From positions 46,404,645 through 46,468,644 of the forward strand of contig NC_057728.1 of NCBI RefSeq assembly GCF_004010195.1: 64,000 nucleotides of DNA, written 5' to 3'. The translations under genes were made by a program, and so were the position numbers. Positions 1 to 12,340 of this stretch are shown here, piece after piece. Position 1 is the stretch's first letter. Every line of letters begins with the position of its first letter. This DNA comes from Chiloscyllium plagiosum (Eukaryota). The notes below the pieces were generated by a model. The model was not told the DNA's origin and did not search any database. It saw nothing but the letters and a program-made list of their open reading frames with translations.

Positions 1-1724
1 TAAAGTCACCCTAGACTTCAATCAATTTGAAAGCACAAAAAAGATGATGATTTGTTGTTCTGACCTGGTATAAAACTTGGAAAGTGTTTAACCTTGCACA
101 ATGATGTGTAACTGTACATTTAACAGCATTTTAATTTCACCATTACTGCTGAATACCCATCCTCACTACCATTGGAAAACTAAACTAACATGCTTAGAAT
201 GTTAGTTTATTTCTGTGATAAAAATAACTTCACACATCTTATATATCATTTTAATATAGCATTGTTTATTATATTTCATTGTTTCCATAATTCCATGCGT
301 AAGTCCCAATCATTCATTTTGTTCTCTTATTAGATGATGTTAAACTCTAGGATAATCAGTGGATTTTGCTTTCTATTTTGCTGACTGGGAATTCTTTAAG
401 AAAATGACTGCTTATCTGCTTGATGGCATTGCTATTGTTGTACATCAGGACTTGGTCCTCGATCCAAACTAACATTAGCAAAGGGGAGATTCATGTCACA
501 GTGATGATTATATTGAGATAGTTGGTACGTGCTGTCACTGATATTGACTGTAATATCTGGGATATCTGGGGTATCTTAAAATGTTTTCTTTGGACCATGT
601 AAATCAGAAGAAGTGGTTCTTCAGACTCCACATGCCCAAGGTTCCCTCTCTGTGGTTGCTCCCCCTTCCCCCACGATCCACCTTGCACTTGGTTAGCTTA
701 CTTTGGTCCCCAGCCATTCAAAGAGTGCACTAGTGCTAAGAGATTGCAAGTAATGGCGCTGGACCCTCAAACTGGTTCAGACCTCTCACTACAAATGAAT
801 TGCGACTGTCTTTATAATTACTGCTAAACAACATTATTGATTCTGAAAATGTGGTAATTTTATATGTCTGGGAGAGGTATTAAAAACATTTTTGTGTCAA
901 AGACCATGTCTTTTCCCTAAAGCTTAATTTTAATTTTAATTTTGTCATAATCCAGTTGAAACTCAACACTCTGGAGTTCTGTCTGGAGAATACTTCAGTA
1001 TGATTGGCTGAAAATCATGCTTTTGGCACCATGTCTTTGCACACCTTAAGATCTCTTTTACTTGTCACGAGATTTAAACCATTCTCGAAAACTGGAAACA
1101 TAATGCCACAAAGGTAATTGGATTTTTGTGGTAGTCCGCTTTGAGGTTGGCAATGAATGCAGTTGATTTGACATTGATGGTCTATAATTTTCTAGCTAGC
1201 TCCTTCCAGACAAACTGTGTCTAATATCCAAATGATGACCATAAATACCTCTTAATTCTAAATCCTGGATCTGAATTATTATTAGTTTAGTTTTGTCTAT
1301 ATTTACTTGTTTAAGTGAAGATTAGTGTTGTGTAATGTGATTAACATTTTTACATTTGGAATTGGTATGAATCAATCACAGTATCATGATGTAACTCAGA
1401 AATTTTTGTACAAACAAAACATATTTGTACCTATATTTGTTACTGCTATTTGTAACTCCTTGTGTGGTTTGAAGCTTGATCTAGCTAATACTTCTTAAAG
1501 GTACACTGTTTAGAATCATACACCATAGGCAATGCTGGGGTAAACTAGTGATTATGCAGGTAGTGAATAGAGCAGCTACAATCACATTCACAACCAATTA
1601 TACCTAACACACAAGAAATTTTCAGAAAAATGTAGAAGTCAAAGCTCACAGCATTTAATGACTTAGGCACAGCTTACAGGACAATCTGTGAAGCATTTTC
1701 TTATTCACTACCAGTTCATTATGT

Positions 1725-1943
1725 CATGATTCGGAGATGCCGGTGTTGGACTGGGGTGTACAAAGTTAAACATCACACAACACCAGGTTATAGTCCAACA
1801 GGTTTAATTGGAAGCACATTAGCTTTCGGAGCGACGCTCCTTCATCAGGTGATTCAATCACCTGATGAAGGAGCGTCGCTCCGAAAGCGAGTGTGCTTCC
1901 AATTAAACCTGTTGGACTATAACCTGGTGGTGTGTGATTTTTA
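1725..1943. mobile_element. Fold-back Penelope-like non-autonomous insertion (family A) with hammerhead cores on both strands
   Basis: Inverted arms of about 89 bp centred at 1855; 12-bp TSD AGTTCATTATGT (1713-1724 / 1944-1955); CTGATGA-A-GGAGC-GTC-GCTCC-GAAAGC. Confidence 0.75.
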
Positions 1944-3065
1944 AGTTCATTATGTGTTAGCTCAGATAATAAGTGCACAACTATGTGTTTCATATCTTCG
2001 ATGAAGTTGTGCACAATTAACTGGATGACCGAAAAAATGCTTCTGAACACTTTGAAGTGAATGACTGTAAACGGAATACTACATCACTATGCTCATGCTG
2101 CTGTATTGATTCAGTGGGTGCTATGTTCAATTACATAAGTTGACTGTTGTTTATTGTGCTGTAGACTGGTATCCCATACTTTGAATTGGATTTAGCTTGC
2201 CCAAATTAATTTCATTTATGCCCTTTATAGCTGACAAGGAAAGGAAGCATCCATTCTATTACTTTCAGGTCAAATTCAGTTGGATTTCAGAAGTGCAAAA
2301 GTAGGATTTGAGTAATTGCTTCGCTTGGCATTTTTCAAAACAAACTACTTTAGTGACCTGAAGGATAACAACAATATTGTGAGCAGAAAGATGGTCAATA
2401 TCACAAGTAAGTTGGACACCAAGATACTTGTTCTAAAATGTAATAGATTTTCTGCAGGCAAAATATAATGTGATGGAAAATACCACAGCTATACTGTTGT
2501 ATAGGAAATGTGTAGTCTCTTTCCTTGAGTTACCAACTGAATGATAAATATTGCAAAGCCAATAACACTGTTGGGCAGCCTACATTGATGAGAAGTCATT
2601 CGCTGACATTTTGTAGTCAAAAGTCATTGACCTCAAAGGAAGCAGTCCACAAAGATCTAGCAATCCTCTGCTCTAGGTCTCCACCTTTTCCAGCACTAGT
2701 TTGAATCTGGTAACAAGGCAAGGAGATCGCCAAGCATTCAACAAAGGTGATATCATCAATAATCATAAGCAGCCAATCACATGTAAGAGTTCTCACGGAC
2801 AGACAACCAGGAAAAATGTGCCAATTATCATTCACTTCGTAGAAGGCTGACAAAAAGGGAAAAACAATGAGATGCATGTTAGAAATCGAAATTTCATAAA
2901 CAATCTTAAAAAAATCTTAAAAAGCAATAGAATATTTTTGCATAAGATGTTGGTCAGTTGTAGTCTTGACTCAGTAGGTGAACTAATAATCCAAACATAC
3001 TTCATTAAAAAGCCATATGTTTCTCATAGGTATGACAGTGAACCTGTAGAAATCTGTAAGGTCAC

Positions 3066-3376
3066 ATCATACAGTCATAGAGATGTACAGCATGGAAACA
3101 GACCCTTCAGTTCAACTTGTCCACGCTGACCAGATATCCCAACCCAATCTAGTCCCACCTGCCAGCACCTGGCCCATATCCCTCCAAACCCTTCCTATTC
3201 ATATACCCATCCAAATGCCTCTTAAATGTTGCAATTGTACCAGCCTCCTCCACATCCTCTGGCAGCTCATTCCATACACACACCACCCTCTGGGTGAAAA
3301 AGTTGCCCCTAAGATTCCTTTTAAATCTTTCCCCTCTCACCCTAAACCTATGCTCGTCTAGTTTTGCCCCCCCCAC
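3066..3376 (-). mobile_element. CR1/HER1-like LINE 3' end
   Basis: ORF HRFRVRGERFKRNLRGNFFTQRVVCVWNELPE...FKRHLDGYM, typical of the CR1 ORF2 C-terminus; 3' tail CTCTATGACTGTATGA on the minus strand. Confidence 0.9.
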
Positions 3377-3664
3377 CTACACATTAACAGCACAGAGGGG
3401 GAGCGAGTGGAGAGGGTCAAGCCCCTGGGAGTGGTCATCCACAACAAGCTTTCTTGGACTCTCCATGTGGACGCACTGGTTACAAAGGCCCAACCACAGC
3501 TCCTCTTCCTCAGGCAGCTGAGGAAATTTGGCATGATGTTGAATACCCTGACCAACGTTTATAGGTGCACCATCGAGAGCATTCTGTCTGGATGTATCAC
3601 TACCTGGTATGGCAACTGTACCATTCAAGATCGGAGACGGTTACAGAGAGTGGTGAACTCGGCC
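3377..3664 (+). mobile_element. Rex1/Babar-like LINE ORF2 fragment
   Basis: LGVVIHNKLSWTLHVDALVTKAQPQLLFLRQLRKFG...YRCTIESILSGCITTWYGNC...LQRVVNSA matches the recalled Rex1/Babar RT C-terminal signature. Confidence 0.8.
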
Positions 3665-4049
3665 NNNNNNNNNNNNNNNNNNNNNNNNNNNNNNNNNNNN
3701 NNNNNNNNNNNNNNNNNNNNNNNNNNNNNNNNNNNNNNNNNNNNNNNNNNNNNNNNNNNNNNNNNNNNNNNNNNNNNNNNNNNNNNNNNNNNNNNNNNNN
3801 NNNNNNNNNNNNNNNNNNNNNNNNNNNNNNNNNNNNNNNNNNNNNNNNNNNNNNNNNNNNNNNNNNNNNNNNNNNNNNNNNNNNNNNNNNNNNNNNNNNN
3901 NNNNNNNNNNNNNNNNNNNNNNNNNNNNNNNNNNNNNNNNNNNNNNNNNNNNNNNNNNNNNNNNNNNNNNNNNNNNNNNNNNNNNNNNNNNNNNNNNNNN
4001 NNNNNNNNNNNNNNNNNNNNNNNNNNNNNNNNNNNNNNNNNNNNNNNNN
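3665..4049. other. Assembly gap (385 N)
   Basis: Run of N flanked by two different LINE fragments. Confidence 0.99.
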
Positions 4050-4808
4050 AAAAACTCAATCAAGTTTGTAAGACATGATTTCCCACGCACAAAGCCATGT
4101 TGACTATCCCGAATCAGTCCTTGCCTTTCCAAATACATGTACATCCTGTCCCTCAGGATTCCCTCCAACAACTTGCCCACCATTGAGGTCAGGTTCACCA
4201 GTCTATAGTTCCCTGGCTTGTCTTTATGGCCCTTCTTAAACAATGGCACCATGTTTGCCAACCTCCAGTCTTCCGGCACCTCACCTGTGACTATCGATGA
4301 TACAAATATCTCAGCAAGAGGCCCAGCAATCACTACTCTAGTTTTCCACAGAGTTCTCGGGTACACCTGATCAGGTCCTGGGTATTTATCCACCTTTAAC
4401 CGTTTCAAAACATCCAGCACTTCCTCCTCTGTAATCTGGACATTTTGCAGGACATCACTATCTATTTCCCTACAGTCTATATCTTCCATATCCTTTTCCA
4501 CAGTAAATACTGATGCAAGATATTCATTTAGTATCTCCCCCATTTTCTCCCACACAAAGGCCGCCTTGCTGATCTTTGAGGGGCCCTATTCTCTCCCTAG
4601 TTATCCTTTGTCCTTAATATATTTGTAAAAACCCTTTGGATTCTCCTTAATTCTATTTGCCAATGCTATCTCATGACCCCTTTTTGCCCTCCTGATTTCC
4701 CTGTTAAGTATACTCCTACTTTCTTTATACTCTTCTAAGGATTCACTCGATCTATCCCGTCTATACCTGACATGTGCTTCCTTCTTTTTCTTAACCAAAC
4801 CCTCAATT
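4050..4808 (-). mobile_element. CR1 LINE ORF2 fragment (start of RT)
   Basis: KYPGPDQVYPRTL...VPEDWRLANMVPLFKKGHKDKPGNYRLVNLTS...[18 protein letters not shown]. Confidence 0.92.
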
Positions 4809-7800
4809 CATTTCAATGGATTCTAAAGTGTGCCATCTGTAGGTCCTTAACAGTGCATCCTTTTGATGCACTGTTAAGTGCATCACTGTTCAATTAATTG
4901 ACTTAATTTTATTGAGTACTCAATGACTGTCTAAGGCTCATAATGTAAGAGTTAATGAAATTAAAGATAATTTTTCCTCAGGTGTCCACCTGAAAGCAGG
5001 TAGCTGGTGATTAGTTACTGAACAGTACACAGCACAGTACTGTTTTACTGGGAGTGATGTTTTACTGGGAGTAGGGTGTGGAGGCTGGAATAGGGATTGA
5101 TGCCTTTGTTATGGTCACTAATCCAATCCATATACTGGATGGCTAGTCAATGGATCTAACTTGCTACCCATTCCTAAGCAACAATAAATTAAAATTTTTA
5201 AACAGACAGCTTACATGAGGATGAGGAGAATTTAGGTGACAAGTCATAAATTTAAGGGTCTTGAATACTAAAGAAGGATGATTAATGTTGATCTTTTTAA
5301 TGCCAACTTGTATTTTGCAGCATATTTAAATCTAATAAAATGTCCCAAGTGCTTCACAGGAATGTTTTAAAGCAAAATCTAACAGTTAGGGTGATATTAA
5401 GACAGATTCTAAATGTTTGTTCAAGGAATGTGAGGTGGAGAAGTAAAGAGGCAATGAGTGGACTTCCAGAGCTCGGGACCTTTGCAGTTAAAGTCACAGC
5501 AACCAATGGTAAAAATCAGATATGTTCAAGAGGCCAGAGTTTAATGCTTGCAAATCTCATCGGAATTTGTGGAGCTGGAGATTATAGGGATATGGAAAGA
5601 TGCAAGAGATAAAATGTATCAGATAGCGAATGATGAAGCTGAGGGTGAAGAAATAGTATCTCAGAAGAAAATGACCACAATAGGATTGATAACATAGAGG
5701 CAGAAAAAGTTGTGATAGTATGACAGAGGGTACTGCATAAACATGGGTGAAGGCACATCTCCAGACAAAAGGCTATACATTTTATCAATGACTATCTGTT
5801 ACTCTATGTAATATACTGGATCTCCTAGGACATTGTGCTAAACTAATCTGCGAGCTGGAGCACAAATGTGAACCAATGGATCTCTTGCATCTTTTGACAT
5901 AATTTCAGCATATAATCAGGCCAGCGACCATTTTTGTTGGGAAATGGGAAGAGAATGTATTAACCAGAATTTCTCTGCCAAAATTGGTTGCTCTGAAGTT
6001 CTTCTGCTGTTTGATATTTCCATGGTCAATCCAGCTAGTTCATGTCAGCTTATTAGCAAATACTTTCATAGAGGTCGAGGAGTGTGGTGGTTCAGTTCCC
6101 TGCTTTTATACTCACCACACATTTGGGTTAATGGCAAGAGATAATTACAATTTACAGATCTATTTACAATCAGCTGACACAGATAGATGTCTGAAATTTA
6201 TAAGTCTGAAGAATTTTGAGAATTTCAGTTGCAGTTTCTGAAACTGAGAGTGGTATTTTTCAGGGTTTGTTGACATCGGACCTACAAAGATCTGGACCTA
6301 CTTCTGGCAGGGTGATACTACTCAAAGATTTTCACCAGCTGCCATTCACACCACAAATTCCTCAAGAACATCTACAATATTTCCCATGGGCATTTCTTTC
6401 TGTGTTATTATCATGGAAGAGGCAGACAGGATCAAGTAAAGTCATGGAATATTTAAGAAGGATGAACCTAGTAAGTATTATTCCTACAGAATATAAAAGA
6501 AGTGCAGGTTGTATGAAGACATCAGAGAAGAAACCTGTTTACAAAAGGTGTGCTCCATCAAGATGCAACAAGCTGCTCTGCCAACTATTCCCCTGAGGAC
6601 CAACTGTGAGGTGTAAGCTGACATGCTCAACTCTTCAACAATGTTTTTTAAATCAATGATCTTTTGATTCAGATATAAACATTCTAACACTGAGCTAAGG
6701 CTGACATCCAATTAAACGAGTGCTTGATTTAATTTACCAGCATCAAATTTCTGCTCCATTCCATATTTGACACCAATCTCCATGAATAACTAATCAGGAT
6801 AAGGGCCCATGTTCAATTTTACCACAACCAAATCAGGTACAACTCAACCTCTTTTTATAACACATGTCTTTCCCTGAAGTCTATATGTACTTTCTTTCAC
6901 TTATCCTGGATGAGACTGGAAAACTAAAATAATAATAGATGCTTGCTTCCATTAAGAGTTGGTGAAACTAAAGGACACCTCTCCGGTCAACTTACTTGTG
7001 GTTACAACTAAGGACTGTAAAGGGGCCAAACTGGTGTTGCCTCCAATGTTCCACTGGAGCGGTGGCATGAGAGGAAGGACCAGTGGCCTGGAATGTGCCT
7101 TTATTCCAGCCATCATCTTTCATCTGGGTCTTGGATCCATGAAAAATAGAATGGCTACTTAAGTGGCAGCTATTTAGAATCTGTAAGCTCTGATGGACAG
7201 CGACATGCATTACAACAGCATCGATCTAAAAGCTGACATTCAGGGTGATGTCACATGAGCCAAATTCTGGATTTCCGTGAATGTACAGATACCAACTGAT
7301 CTCAACCACTTCTAAACTATCATACACTCTATTGATAGCTGGCACAAAGAGAAATCTGTTCCTTGCAGTTTCATCTTGTAGATTCTAAAGTCAATGGTGG
7401 TGATGCTTGTTGTGAGAAGTAAGAACTCACTTCTACACTCTCTTATCTTCCTTGTCTGGAATTCTATGCTATTTCATAAAGTGACTTGGAAATCTCTGCT
7501 GGAGCCTTCAGCTGTTCATTAGAGAGATTCTTTGCTAAGGCCTCTGTATTTTCTAAGTGCAGTTAGCTTTCTTCTCTATTCCTAGTCAACATTCCAGCCT
7601 GAGCATTTATTACCAGCTTTGATATTAAGTTTTGCCTTCGGAGTGCTAGCTTGCCTTTGATTGCTTCCACAGCTGCTGCTATTCTTTCTCTTTCCGTAGT
7701 TGCATTTCAGCTGCTGACTAATTATCTATGTCTTCCTAAAGTGGTAATACTCTTAAAATGGCAAACAAACTTGCATAGTTTTTCTTTTTAACTGCACATG

Positions 7801-8115
7801 CAAGCACCTTAATATGGTACAGCAAACTCCAAACTCCTTCAGAAAAGATAATTGAGGGATTTGTAGGGGAATTTGGTGATCCCAATAATATGGGATTCAC
7901 AGAACGTTTCCATGGATACACTATTGAATTTAAGCTGAATACCAGTGTCATTGTCAAATCAGATCAGTTATCATGGCTGAAGAAGTAGAAGTTACAGCAT
8001 GCAGAGACAAAATGACGGTGGATGGAATAACTGTCAGAAATGTAGGAATACTCCATATTACATGACCATGTAATCTGCATAAGAGTTGCAAATGTATACA
8101 TGATTTGCAATCTTA

Positions 8116-8391
8116 AGATTAGATTTCCTACAGTGTGGAAACAGGCCCATTGGCCCAACAAGTCCTCACCGACCTTCTGAAGAGTAACTCACCAAGACCC
8201 ATTTCCCTCTGACTAATGCTATGGGCAATTTAGCATGGCCAATTCACTTAGGGAGGAAACCAGAGCACCCAGAAGAAACCCACACAGACATGAGGAGAAT
8301 GTGCAAACTCCACACAGTCACCCAAGGCTAGAATCAAACCTGAGTCCCTGGTGCTATGAATCAGCAGTGCTAACCACTGAGCCACCATGCC
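8116..8391 (-). mobile_element. HE1-like V-SINE
   Basis: tRNA-like head, V-domain (GGAGTTTGCACATTCTCC...GGGTTTC), CR1-like tail. Confidence 0.85.
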
Positions 8392-8756
8392 ATTTTGAGC
8401 CAGTGCACTAGTTCAGATCTTCACTTCCTTAAGAAGTCAGAAGAAGTCCTATTAATTCCAAGAGAACAACTAGTCCAGGAACAAACTGTGGTCAACCAAC
8501 TGGTTAAGGAGCAGCTTGTAGAAGATTTAATTGATCTTCCCAGATCCATGGTGGAAGAAAGAATCCATTGAGATTATCTACAGTTACATAAAATAAATAT
8601 TTCATATGGCTGAGAGGAAACAGTTGCTAGCAAGCCAAAAGAAGCTCAAACAAATTTGACAAGAACAAAAGAGTGACCAAGACTATGCTGCTAATCCCCA
8701 GTATTGTATTGAAGGATGACCAGACAGAAAATTCCAACCAGTTGATCAAAAATGCA

Positions 8757-8851
8757 AAAACAGAAATTGCTTGAGAAGCTCAATATGTCCACCAACACCT
8801 GTGGGAAGAAAGCAGAGTTCATGTTTTGAGTCCAGTGACTCTTCATCAGAA
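8757..8851 (-). mobile_element. Family C (older, related) Penelope-like fragment with hammerhead-like core
   Basis: Minus strand CTGATGA-A-GAGTC-ACTG-GACTC-AAAAC. Related fragments at ~9237-9367, ~29765-29815, ~55220-55340 and ~56617-56707. Confidence 0.6.
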
Positions 8852-9949
8852 TTAATTCTTTGAGCACCAATAGTATTTCAGAATTATGGCAAGTTTATTA
8901 GTGTATGACAAAAGATTAGTTCAGCCATCTTTCCTTGATGACGATCTATTGGAAAGGATGCATCAGGGACAATTAAATGTTGCCAAGTGTACAGCCATTG
9001 GTAAGCAATCTCAATAAAGATTGAAGATTTCATATCTCATTGTATAATTTGGAATTTCATTGACTTTTGTTGCTTCCACAATTGCTGCTTTCTTTCTCTC
9101 TTTAAGTGTATTTGAACTGCTGACTAATTATGTATGTCTTCTTAACGTGGTAATACTCTTAGCAGAAATGAACAGCTCAATGCACTTGAACCAAGAATCT
9201 TTCACTGATTATCTTCAGACATTGTAACAATCAAATAAAAGCAAAATTGTGTGGATGCTGGAGATCTAAAATAATATCAGAAAATGCTGGAGTAACCTAT
9301 GGATCTGGCAGTACCTTAGGAGAGAAAAACAAAGTTAATGTTTAAGTCCGATATGACCTTTCTTCACAACCATCAATGCCAATGGCGGAGATAGTACTGA
9401 GTGAACAGCAATCTTTAGCAGCATGACTAAGAGGCTTATCAAATTTACTTCTTCAGTCAAACAACTACAGTTGGCAAATGAACGTGTCTAACCTGATGAA
9501 CAACTCGAGGGAAGTAAGCTACAAATGATTCCAAATGAGTGAGACACATACAAGCTGATCAAGGACATGGTCAAGAAGGAAAAAACTGCTTGGTTTAAGC
9601 ATCCAAGATCATGCAAAAAAAAACTACCTCTTCCAGTTAGAAAGCAATTTTCTGCAACAGAAATCCAGAATGCTACAAGAAAATGTTTATTTCAGTACAA
9701 TAGATGCCTTCCAGAAAGGAGAATCAAGAGATTCAGAGTCCTGAACTAAAAACATCAACAAAGAATATCTTTCTCTCTGAAGGACATCCGAAAGACAAAT
9801 TGCCCTCCAATGAAGAGAAGTTCCACATACCAGAATCAGGATCAACAGAGTGATCATGTAATGAGAAACGAGGAAACAGATGATGAATATATTAATTAAG
9901 AGATCATTGGAATTCCATATAAATACTTTTGGAGTGTAATATTGTTATC

Positions 9950-10262
9950 AGATTAGATTCCCTACAGTGTGGAAACAGGCCCTTCAGCCCAACAAGTCCA
10001 CACCAACCCTCCAAAGAGTAACTTACTCGGACCGATTTCCCTCTGACTAACGCCTCTAACACTATGGACAATTTAGCATGGCCAATTCACCTAACCTGCA
10101 CATATTTGGACTGTGGGAGGAAACTGGAGCACCCAGAGGAAACCCACACAGACACAGGGAGAATGTGCAAACTCCACACAGACAGTCATCCACGGCTGGA
10201 ATTGAACCTGGGACCCTGGTGCTGTGAGGCAGCAGTGCTAACCACTGAGCTAACATGCCACC
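9950..10262 (-). mobile_element. HE1-like V-SINE
   Basis: Full head, V-domain and tail. Confidence 0.9.
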
Positions 10263-10346
10263 TGCATTACCTACTCTGTTTTCTGAAAATGGGCCTTATG
10301 ACTAGTGAATGAATGAAATTACAGTGTAGACTGAGATACTTCTTAA

Positions 10347-10960
10347 TTTATTGGTCAGAGTATTGAGTACAGGAGTTGGGAGGTCATGTTGCTGCTGTAC
10401 AGGACATTGATTACACCACTGTTGGAATATTGCATGCAATTCTGGTCTCCTACCTATCAGAAAGATGTTGTGAAACTTGAAAGGGTTCAGAAAAGATTTA
10501 CAAGCATGTTGCCATGTGTTGGAGGATTTGAGCTATAGGGAGAGACTGAACAGGCTGGGGCTGTTTTCTCTGGAGCATCGGAGGCTGAGGGGTGACCTTA
10601 TATAGGTTTTCAAAATCATGAGCGGCATGGATAGGATAAATAGACAAAGTCTTTTCCCTGGGGTCGGGAAGTTCAGAACTAGAGGGCATAGGTTTAGGGT
10701 GAGAGGGGAAAGATATAAAAGAGACCTAAGGGACAACGTTTTCACTCAGAGGGTGGTATGGAATGAGCTGCCAGAGGAAGTGGTGGAGGCTGGTACAATT
10801 GCAACATTTAAGAAGCATTTGGAAGGGTATATGAATAGGAAGGGTTTGGAGGGATATGGGTCAGGTGCTGGTAGGTGGGACTAGATTGGGTTGGGATATC
10901 TGGTCGGCATGGACAGGTTGGACCGAAGGGTCTGTTTCCATGCTGTACATCTCTATGACT
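10347..10960 (+). mobile_element. CR1 LINE 3' fragment
   Basis: TRGHRFRVRGERYKRDLRDNVFTQRVVWNELPEEVV; tail CCGAAGGGTCTGTTTCCATGCTGTACATCTCTATGACT. Confidence 0.92.
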
Positions 10961-11299
10961 GTAGGTATGGCTTTAGCACTTGCACTGCCATACAGAAGCA
11001 AGAAAAGATGTAAAATATTTTCTCAGAATTGGTCCTCATGATTTGAACATGGATGAAATTTGGACAGATGGTTAACACACATGGGTAAAGATTATCAAAA
11101 AGGTGACCTATTTTGACAAATTTATAACGATTGAGAACAATACTATGGAAGAGTATGTAATGAAATTTAGTAGGTTGCATGGACACTGCAGCTATTTCAT
11201 TTGGAATTTCCCCGGTCTGTGCTCATAGTTAAGTTAATGGACTGTGCCAAAGTATGAGGTATGGGCAAACTTCCAGTTATAATTTACTGATAAACATAC

Positions 11300-12340
11300 A
11301 TAAAAACATAAGAAATAGGAACAGGAGTAAAACGTTCATCCCTTCAAGCCTGTCAAGCATTCTAGAAGATCATAGCTAGTCTGCCCCAGATCTGACTCCT
11401 CTTTTGTGCCTGTTCCTCATATCCCTCAACACCTCAATATTTGAAGAAAAACTATACACCTCCTTATTAAATATGTTCAATAATCTAACCTCCTCAACTC
11501 TCTGGGGTTGAAATTTATGAGGGAGCATAAGTTTAAGGTAAAAAGGGAAACGTTCAAAGGGGATGTAAGAGGCAAGTTTTTACACATAGGGTGGTAAGTG
11601 CCTAGAATGCACTACCAGAAGAGATGTTAGAAGCAGATGCAATAGCAACGCTTGAAAGATTCATGAACAGGCAGGGAATTGTGGGATACTAATCACATAG
11701 AGGCGAAAGGGCTCTTTTAGTTTAGAAAGGTATCATGTGTCACTGCAGGCTTGGTGGGCCAAAAGTCCTGTACTGTTCACTTCCATCTGAGAGAAGAAAT
11801 TCCTTTGTAGTTTTGAAAATTTTACATCTTAAATGAATGTCCCTTATTCTGTAACTAAATCCCCTAATTTGAAATTTCCTCCACTAGAGCAAACAGCAAA
11901 GAGCCAGATAGCACAGGAACAGGTCATTAAACCCTCCAAGCCTGTGCCAACTCATTTTGCCCTTTCATACTAAAACTGTCTTCATTTCTAGAATCCATAT
12001 CCCTCTATTCCCTTCCTATTTATTCAGGTGCTTCTCGGAAGTGGAAACTAGCGGAAACAACTTTCCAACCTTTACTCTGCCAAGTCCTTTCAAAATTGTG
12101 TATGTTTCAATAAGAGACCCTTCATTCTTCTAAAGACCTATATTCATTAGCCTTTCTTGATTAGCCAACCCCTTAATCCCAGAAAACAGTCGAGTAACTC
12201 TCTCTCAAGCTGCCAGTACATCCTTTCCTGAATACGGGGCTACAACTGTGCACAGCACTCCACTGTGGTCTCACTGACATCTAGTATTGTTGTAAAAAGA
12301 CATCCCTATTTTTAAACTCCAATCTCCTGACAATAAAGGC
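11300..12340. mobile_element. Nested old CR1-type fragments (minus-strand copy interrupted by a plus-strand 3' end at ~11510-11775)
   Basis: Diverged similarity to the other CR1 3' ends in the window. Confidence 0.55.

Larger units (their letters stand above)
6100..9500 (+). mobile_element. Highly decayed Gypsy-type LTR retrotransposon pol remnants
   Basis: ~8894-9010 translates to LLVYDKRLVQPSFLDDDLLERMHQGQLNVAKCTAIGKQS, resembling the integrase Zn-binding region. KVMEYLRRMNLVSII (ORF 6216) resembles the pre-RT segment. Boundaries are uncertain. Confidence 0.5.

Noticed and set aside
1725..1943. Reading the palindromes as MITEs or miRNA genes
   Set aside because: Variable fold-back axis, one-sided tail, 12-bp TSDs and the hammerhead core favour a Penelope-like retro origin; there is no evidence for a miRNA.
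1..3060. Possible 3' exons of an upstream neighbour gene such as CAPS2
   Set aside because: No recognisable coding motif or convincing exon.
3407..4555. Long ORFs (223, 168, 144 and 304 aa) around the gap
   Set aside because: Lengths are inflated by the N run, and the two flanks belong to different LINEs on opposite strands.
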